Notes under the pieces: model-generated
Seen by the model: the letters and a program-made list of their open reading frames with translations, nothing else
Database searches by the model: none
Told to the model about the DNA's origin: nothing
Shown here: positions 57,981 to 64,000 of the stretch, in pieces
How the letters are laid out: every line of letters starts with the position of its first letter
How positions within the stretch are numbered: the stretch's first letter is position 1
Program-made: the position numbers and the translations under genes
Source: a virus
Length of the DNA stretch: 64,000 nt
Strand: one strand, 5' to 3'
Virus record (IMG/VR): IMGVR_UViG_3300007735_000794
Span: 1 to 64,000 of that record

Positions 57981-58757
57981 ATGCAAATTCTACAATTAGT
58001 AAACTCACAGCCCACAATTGATCGCGGTGTATTATACATCGTCTTTAATGAGTCATTTGTTAAAGAAATGTTAAACTCAGCAAAATCTGTGAAGATGTAC
58101 AATCCTGATATGAAAATTTGTGTAATGTCAAATTTCGATTTTGAGTCAAACGACATTGACTTTTACATAAAGATAAAGCCTAATCATATCAGAGCAAAAG
58201 TTGATTTTATCTGTCACTCACCATTTAAAGAAACACTGTACCTCGACTCTGACACGATCATCAATCAAAATATTGAAGACATATTTGATGTATTAAAAAA
58301 GAACGATATCGCAGGAATACATGATTTTGCAAGAAAACGGGAAAAATATGCAAAACAAATTCAAGAATATGACGCAATACCGTACTCTTTCTCAGAAATA
58401 AATGGTGGCGTGATGTGTTGGAAGCACAATGATGCAACAAGAAAATTTTTTAGTATGTGGCAAGCATATTTTTATAAATATTTTCATATCACAAATGGCT
58501 GGGATCAAGTTTCGTTAAGAATTTCCTTGTGGGAAAGTGATGTTAGATTAATTCATTTGCCTATTGAATACAATGTAAGAGGCAAAGAAAACAGAGATAA
58601 AGTCGATTTCCCACACGTCAGGCTAGAAAATGGAAAAGAACATATGCAACCGCGCATTTTTCATATGCATGTAGATAAGAAAGTGCACAACGGTGTGTAT
58701 GATGTATCATATGATGATGCAGTCGAACATTGCAAGCTTAATCACTACAAGTACTAA
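57981..58757 (+). CDS. GT-A (GT8-like) glycosyltransferase
   Basis: TLYLDSDT; INGGV; DQVSL; LPIEYN. Confidence 0.85.
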   Translation: MQILQLVNSQPTIDRGVLYIVFNESFVKEMLNSAKSVKMYNPDMKICVMSNFDFESNDIDFYIKIKPNHIRAKVDFICHSPFKETLYLDSDTIINQNIEDIFDVLKKNDIAGIHDFARKREKYAKQIQEYDAIPYSFSEINGGVMCWKHNDATRKFFSMWQAYFYKYFHITNGWDQVSLRISLWESDVRLIHLPIEYNVRGKENRDKVDFPHVRLENGKEHMQPRIFHMHVDKKVHNGVYDVSYDDAVEHCKLNHYKY

Positions 58758-58758
58758 C

Positions 58759-59517
58759 ATGAAACAACTTTATTTTATTGGCTCACCAAGAACTGGATCT
58801 ACTCTTCTTGGTCAAATTATCAATTATCATCCTAATTGTCTTATTTCTAATGAATCAAGATTTTTACAAAAAGTAATTGAGAAAGGGCAAGACAAAATCT
58901 CAGCAACGCAAGAGATGATGATCGATGCATGTTATCAATTTAATGAAAGCTTAGAAAAAACAGACAGGTTTTCAAAAACAATAAAAACATATCAGCCGAA
59001 ATGGCAGTCATTTGAGCAATTTAAAGGAAATCCACTTTTTGATAAAAAAGAAATATTGATTATTGGCGACAAAAAAGCAGGTGGAAACATCCACGTTTAC
59101 AGAAACAACAAAGAAAAATTCAATACATTTGTTGCAGAAGAAAAACCGCTATTTCTAATGATAACAAGAAATCCCGCAGAAACTGCGCTTTCATATTTAA
59201 AATCACATGGCAGTGGTTCGTATGAAGAAGCATTGCGAAAAGTGCTTATTGATACACGTGATGCATACATGTTTGGAATAAATTGCGGTTTGAAAATTGT
59301 TCGCTATGAAGAGCTTGTCAATTCAACAGACAATTTTTTAATTGATTTGTTTTCATTTTTATCACTTGAAACAAGTAAAGAATGGCGAAAAGCAATATCA
59401 CAGATAGTGAGCCATGAGAAAGTGCAAGTTTCAAATGAAATGCTAACAACGACAAAAAACATACTCAGTAATGAGTTTCATCAAATTGAATTTTTGTTTG
59501 ATGTGTTCAATGATTAA
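58759..59517 (+). CDS. sulfotransferase
   Basis: IGSPRTGSTLL PAPS loop; RNP...S; VRYEEL. Confidence 0.9.
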   Translation: MKQLYFIGSPRTGSTLLGQIINYHPNCLISNESRFLQKVIEKGQDKISATQEMMIDACYQFNESLEKTDRFSKTIKTYQPKWQSFEQFKGNPLFDKKEILIIGDKKAGGNIHVYRNNKEKFNTFVAEEKPLFLMITRNPAETALSYLKSHGSGSYEEALRKVLIDTRDAYMFGINCGLKIVRYEELVNSTDNFLIDLFSFLSLETSKEWRKAISQIVSHEKVQVSNEMLTTTKNILSNEFHQIEFLFDVFND

Positions 59518-60487
59518 AAATGCCTTATTTGTTCATTTTCCAATAGAAAATGAACAAATTGAAAGTTTGTCACTACCGCGCCACTTTGCAAAAAAAGGAA
59601 TCAATACATACGTTACATTCCACAAGGGCAATCGGCATTATGATTATAAACTTGACGTAAATGGAAATGTAATAAATGTCAACAATGCAGAAACATTTTC
59701 ATTAGAGTTTGACATCTTGATTGCAAAAAGTTCATCAAAACAATCATATGACGCAAGGTATTTTAAAAATTCAAAATACAAAATAAACATAACGCCTATG
59801 GGTATGCAGTGCAATAAAGAAGGTTATGACTATGCTTATGAAGATAATCAGCTTACAAAGCCACCAGTCCCATCAATGTTTAATAAACTTATGTCTGAAT
59901 ATGACATTGGAAAAAAAGAAAATATTATTATTGTTCCAGCATCTCTCGGCACAGACAAAAATCAACTTGAGCTGTTGAATCTTGTCGATGCACATCTAGT
60001 TAAAGATTGGAAAATAATATTCTGCGGCAAATCAGAATCTGTTTCGTATACGAATAAGATGAAAAATGTCGCATTGTCAAAAAATATAAATATTGAAATA
60101 CACAACTTCTTAAATAAAGAAGAACTTGCAAACTTAATCTTAAAATCAAAATTGTTAGCGCTTACGACAGACCCGAGACCAGCACAGCCATATGATCCCG
60201 GACCACGTGTTATTCCAGAGGGATTGTGTGGTGGCACACCATTCTTTATTAACGATTTGGTTCTTGTTGAAGATTCTGTAAAAAGTTTTGGAACGATATA
60301 CAGACAAGGTAATGCTGCTGACATGAATGATAAATTGAAAGATGCAATGTTTACATGGAATCAAAAATCGCTAGATGTAATAAATTTTGCTAAAGTTCAT
60401 TATAACATGGAAAACGCATGCGAATGCGTGTATAGTAATGTAATACAACAAATAGAAAATGAAAGAAAATCTAAAGTATCTTGTTGA
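59510..60487 (+). CDS. GT4-like glycosyltransferase
   Basis: KNQLEL; DPGPRVIPEGLCGGTP. Confidence 0.8.
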   Translation: MIKNALFVHFPIENEQIESLSLPRHFAKKGINTYVTFHKGNRHYDYKLDVNGNVINVNNAETFSLEFDILIAKSSSKQSYDARYFKNSKYKINITPMGMQCNKEGYDYAYEDNQLTKPPVPSMFNKLMSEYDIGKKENIIIVPASLGTDKNQLELLNLVDAHLVKDWKIIFCGKSESVSYTNKMKNVALSKNINIEIHNFLNKEELANLILKSKLLALTTDPRPAQPYDPGPRVIPEGLCGGTPFFINDLVLVEDSVKSFGTIYRQGNAADMNDKLKDAMFTWNQKSLDVINFAKVHYNMENACECVYSNVIQQIENERKSKVSC

Positions 60488-61109
60488 AGCATTTTACATT
60501 AATGAATCTTTGCTTCCTAAAAATCCCATATTTTTACATATCGGTACCTTTACAGGTAAGCTAGAAAAGCTTCTTACAAAGCTATATCCGTCTTGTTCAA
60601 TTTACTCAATTGAACCTCATCCTGATAACTTTGCAAAGCTTAGAGAAAATGTCAAAGAATTGACTAATGTTTACTTGACAAACAAAGCGATAGTGAGCAC
60701 AAATGATAACAAGGTTTTGCTAGCAGGAGTTGGATCTTGCGCATCTACTTATAAAGCGACAAATGGAATTGAAGTAGATGCTATTACATTAGAGAAATTT
60801 GTATTAGAAAACAATATTTCAAATATTGATTGCATCTTTTATAATGCAGAAGGGTCTGAGATGGAGTTTCTTCCTTATCTTGTAGAAAATAAAATGTGCA
60901 GCATGATTACACAAATTTGCTTGAATTTCCATACCCACGTTCAAGGATTTGGAATTTCATATGAAAATGCTTTTGAAATGATGGATCGAATAAAAATTCA
61001 CGATCATTATGTAATAAATGATGATAGATCGACACGTGTCGCATCAATTGCATCTGGTGGAAGATTAAGTGAACTTTATCCGTGTTTCTTATTCTACAAG
61101 AGAAAATAA
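60459..61109 (+). CDS. FkbM-like methyltransferase
   Basis: IGTFTG; IEPHPDN; AEGSE. Confidence 0.85.
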   Translation: MKENLKYLVEAFYINESLLPKNPIFLHIGTFTGKLEKLLTKLYPSCSIYSIEPHPDNFAKLRENVKELTNVYLTNKAIVSTNDNKVLLAGVGSCASTYKATNGIEVDAITLEKFVLENNISNIDCIFYNAEGSEMEFLPYLVENKMCSMITQICLNFHTHVQGFGISYENAFEMMDRIKIHDHYVINDDRSTRVASIASGGRLSELYPCFLFYKRK

Positions 61110-61748
61110 ATGAAAAATTTATACATATTTTTAGCGCATATTGACGATTTAGAATGTGCAACTATTGGCTATCTTTCAAAGAATTACAAATCATATGACA
61201 AAATTCACGTTGTCATTGCTACGTACTGGAAAGAAAAAGCAGGAATTTTTGAAGAAAACTTAAGGCTTCTAAATGAAAAATTTGAATCAAAAATTGTATA
61301 CACAAATTTGTTAAACAAACAGCGACAAATGATGTCATCAATTGACTTTGTCAAAGATCAATTTTATAAGTTGCTTGATTTCAAAACAAGCTTTGATATT
61401 TTAACACATGATGAAAACGATGCACACACTGACCATCGTGCAGTAAGCATGATCTCAATGGGAATGGTAAAGTATGCGAATACATACGTCACTGTTTATT
61501 CTCCAAGCACTTATAACTTTCAACCCAACTTATTCATCAGCATGAACGAAGATGAATTCAAAATTAAAAAAGCATGTCTTGATAAATACAATATTTCTAA
61601 TGAACAATCATATACGGGTTTAGGATATTATCTACAGAGTGATGATCATTACAATATTGGCGAAGCATACTTCTTAGAAAGCTATGCAAATAAACACAAA
61701 ACAAAGTATGCAGAAGTATACAGAATATTAAAAATGTCTTTGGTGTAA
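61110..61748 (+). CDS. PIG-L/LmbE family de-N-acetylase
   Basis: AHIDDLE; DAHTDH. Confidence 0.85.
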   Translation: MKNLYIFLAHIDDLECATIGYLSKNYKSYDKIHVVIATYWKEKAGIFEENLRLLNEKFESKIVYTNLLNKQRQMMSSIDFVKDQFYKLLDFKTSFDILTHDENDAHTDHRAVSMISMGMVKYANTYVTVYSPSTYNFQPNLFISMNEDEFKIKKACLDKYNISNEQSYTGLGYYLQSDDHYNIGEAYFLESYANKHKTKYAEVYRILKMSLV

Positions 61749-61749
61749 A

Positions 61750-62664
61750 ATGAAAAGAGAAAATGTATTTGCATTAGCTGTTGTTGGAGGCCCGCAAACA
61801 GAAGTGTTGTATCACTGGTTTAAGCACGCAGCAGAAAATTTCAAAATTCCAGAGCAGAATATTTTGATTGGTTTTCATGAAAATGAAATGTATCCTGAGA
61901 AGAATAAAAGATGGAAAGAAATTTTTAATGACTTAAACATTACTCCAATAAAAACAATAACATCTACGGGTTGGTCTGCAGAAGTTCAAACATCATTATT
62001 TTCAAGCTTGCATGATGTCGCAAATAGAGTCGACGGTTGGACAGTTCGGGCAGATTGTGATGAATTGCTTGAATTTCATAAAGGAAATCATGATATTCTT
62101 GAATTGATTGATGATCTTGAATCAAGAAAAGAAACGTTTATTCGTGGGATAACTTGCGATAGAATAGCAGCAGATGGTGAATTGATAGAAATTAAAAGAG
62201 ACACAACACTTTTTGAACAATTTCCAATTGCATTGTATGAATACGCTAGATTAAAAACGCTTGCAAGAAAAGCACGTGGGCTGAGCAATCCAAATATTCG
62301 CGCAGATCGTCCTGAGGGATCTGGGATTGCTATTCATAAAAATAGAATTCCAATTACAAAATCAGTTCATAACTTTGATAATCCATACGATCCGCGCCTT
62401 AAAGAATGTCACAAATATGCAATTTTGCATCATTTTAAATATGACAAAGAATTTTATGACAAGCACAAAGAATTTGGAAAAGAAGTAGGAAAAATGTACG
62501 GTCATCCAGATATCTCAGCAATAATCGAAAAATTTTATGATTTTGACACAAACAGGCTTGATATAAAGAAAATTAACGAAGAATTCACAAAACAGTCAGA
62601 ACCAAAAAGATTTGAATTTAACAGTAGTTTTCCAACAAACCAACAACCACCGCGGTGGGTATAA
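61750..62664 (+). CDS. GT2-like glycosyltransferase, paralog of 55764
   Basis: RADCDEL; DRIAADG; HHFKY. Confidence 0.75.
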   Translation: MKRENVFALAVVGGPQTEVLYHWFKHAAENFKIPEQNILIGFHENEMYPEKNKRWKEIFNDLNITPIKTITSTGWSAEVQTSLFSSLHDVANRVDGWTVRADCDELLEFHKGNHDILELIDDLESRKETFIRGITCDRIAADGELIEIKRDTTLFEQFPIALYEYARLKTLARKARGLSNPNIRADRPEGSGIAIHKNRIPITKSVHNFDNPYDPRLKECHKYAILHHFKYDKEFYDKHKEFGKEVGKMYGHPDISAIIEKFYDFDTNRLDIKKINEEFTKQSEPKRFEFNSSFPTNQQPPRWV

Positions 62665-62665
62665 A

Positions 62666-63262
62666 ATGAAAGTAACAATTCATCAACCAGAACATTTTCC
62701 GTATATCGGTTTTTTTAAAAAAATGAATGAAGCAGATTTGTTTATTGTTCTTGACAATGTGAAATTCAAAAAGAATGATTTTCAAAATAGAAATCGTTTT
62801 GTGAATAGATCGGGCAATGAAGAATGGTTTACAGTACCTGTTGAAAAAGACGCAAATTCAAAACTAATCAATGAAGTGAAAGTATCAAAAGATCCTATCT
62901 GGCGTTCAAAGCTGATAAAACAGCATCTACATAACAAACTAAATGTATCAAGCGTTTATGAAGACAGCGAATTATTGATTGATATAAATATGAAAAGTAT
63001 CGTCTGGTGTAGAGATAAATGGAAAATTACTACACCAATGATAATGGCATCATCACTTGCAGCATCGGGATCAAAATCCGAATTGCTTTTAAACATTTGC
63101 AAAGAAGTCGGTGCAACAACGTATCTATCAGGCAAAGGTGGCTTTGACTATCTTGACAAGACAATCTTTGATGAAGCAAAAATAAATGTTGAATTTTTTG
63201 ACCCGAAAATTGATAATATGATGTCTTCGCTTTATAATCAAACAACAACAATCAATTATTGA
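62666..63262 (+). CDS. wbqC: WbqC-like protein
   Basis: IHQPEHFPYIGFF; QNRN; TVPV; YLSGKGG..Y. Confidence 0.9.
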   Translation: MKVTIHQPEHFPYIGFFKKMNEADLFIVLDNVKFKKNDFQNRNRFVNRSGNEEWFTVPVEKDANSKLINEVKVSKDPIWRSKLIKQHLHNKLNVSSVYEDSELLIDINMKSIVWCRDKWKITTPMIMASSLAASGSKSELLLNICKEVGATTYLSGKGGFDYLDKTIFDEAKINVEFFDPKIDNMMSSLYNQTTTINY

Positions 63263-63269
63263 GAGAAAT

Positions 63270-64000
63270 ATGACATCTATCGGTGTAATTGGTCAAGGCT
63301 TCGTAGGTGGAAGTTTGACGACTGTTTTTAGTCGTAAGCATCAAACAACTGTCTACGCTTACGATAAGACAGGTAAACTTGCGCAAGGAGCAACTGAGAT
63401 ATTTATGCCAGATGTAGTAAGAAAACCTGCGTCTGTTTACGAATTTGCAAAAGCGTGCGTTTTACTCAACAAAAACGAATACGATGAAAAATTTTCAAAT
63501 GTATTTTTTGTCTGTGTTCCCACGCCAATGTATGCAGACGGTTCTGCAGATATTTCAATCGTTGAAAATGTATTAGATGATATTTCTGATGTTTCTTTTG
63601 AGACAAAAAACGACGTCATCGCAGTAATAAAATCAACTGTTCCGCCGGGTTCTACACACAAATGGAATGAAAAATATAAAGATAAATTTCTTCATGTTAT
63701 ATTCAATCCAGAGTTCTTAACAGAAGCCAACGCATTGCAAGATATGGAAAATCAAGATCGTATCATTCTTGGCGGACCGAGACCGTGGATTAATGAAGTC
63801 AAGAGCATTTTTGAAAATGCATTTATTGGCGTCCCAGTAATCAAAACGGGATCGACAACGGCAGAAATGGTAAAATACACGACAAACTGTTTTCTTGCAG
63901 TTAAAGTTTCATTTGCAAACGAGCTTGCACAAATATGTGAAGCGCTAGATGATGAAGGTCTTAACATTGACTATGACAAAGTTGTAGAATATGCAAAATT
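63270..64000 (+). CDS. ugd: UDP-glucose/GDP-mannose dehydrogenase family protein, 3' truncated by window end
   Basis: Not in ORF track; MTSIGVIGQGFVG, CVPTP, KSTVPPG, NPEFL, AEMVKY..N.FLAVKVSFANE. Confidence 0.9.
   Translation, partial: MTSIGVIGQGFVGGSLTTVFSRKHQTTVYAYDKTGKLAQGATEIFMPDVVRKPASVYEFAKACVLLNKNEYDEKFSNVFFVCVPTPMYADGSADISIVENVLDDISDVSFETKNDVIAVIKSTVPPGSTHKWNEKYKDKFLHVIFNPEFLTEANALQDMENQDRIILGGPRPWINEVKSIFENAFIGVPVIKTGSTTAEMVKYTTNCFLAVKVSFANELAQICEALDDEGLNIDYDKVVEYAK

Noticed and set aside
1-64000. Alternative genetic code (stop-codon reassignment)
   Set aside because: Recognisable enzymes are full length and genes tile tightly using TAA, TGA and TAG as stops
1-64000. Eukaryotic giant virus or bacterial chromosome origin
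   Set aside because: SD motifs, ATGA overlaps, TATAAT promoters, sigma4 and PhoH point to a bacterial host, while dense tiny hypothetical genes and no housekeeping operons point to a phage; not formally proven without hallmark genes

Overview
The window looks like a segment of a very large (jumbo-type) tailed bacteriophage genome. This is inferred from gene content and layout, since no capsid, terminase or polymerase hallmark gene falls inside it. It has four zones. (1) 1-20.2 kb: about 60 tightly packed small + strand early-type ORFs. Many start with a KOW/SH3-like 'xGD/QL' strand, and the zone also holds a P-loop kinase, a stand-alone HD hydrolase and a nucleotidyltransferase. Operons are preceded by a non-canonical promoter RCGWGYRY-N16-TATAAT. 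(2) 20.2-22.4 kb: a GC-rich, mostly non-coding island with one acidic minus-strand gene, ending in TTCCCGGGAA repeats; this is a candidate genome end or origin. (3) 22.4-45.2 kb: about 24 genes sharing an N-terminal 'LRxLIxE' leader that resembles the T4 capsid-targeting / prohead-protease signal. Most carry one to five copies of a divergent helical domain. The array includes polyproteins with internal L-x-E linkers, one gene joined by an A_AAA_AAG -1 frameshift, and a leader-bearing kinase, with ATAnTTA motifs upstream. (4) 45.9-64 kb: a degenerate GroEL-like protein, an Hc1 histone-like protein, a stand-alone sigma-70 region 4 protein, PIN-PhoH, two virion-type proteins, and a glycan biosynthesis cluster of at least 13 genes running off the window end. 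All calls come from motifs read by eye; no searches were run.
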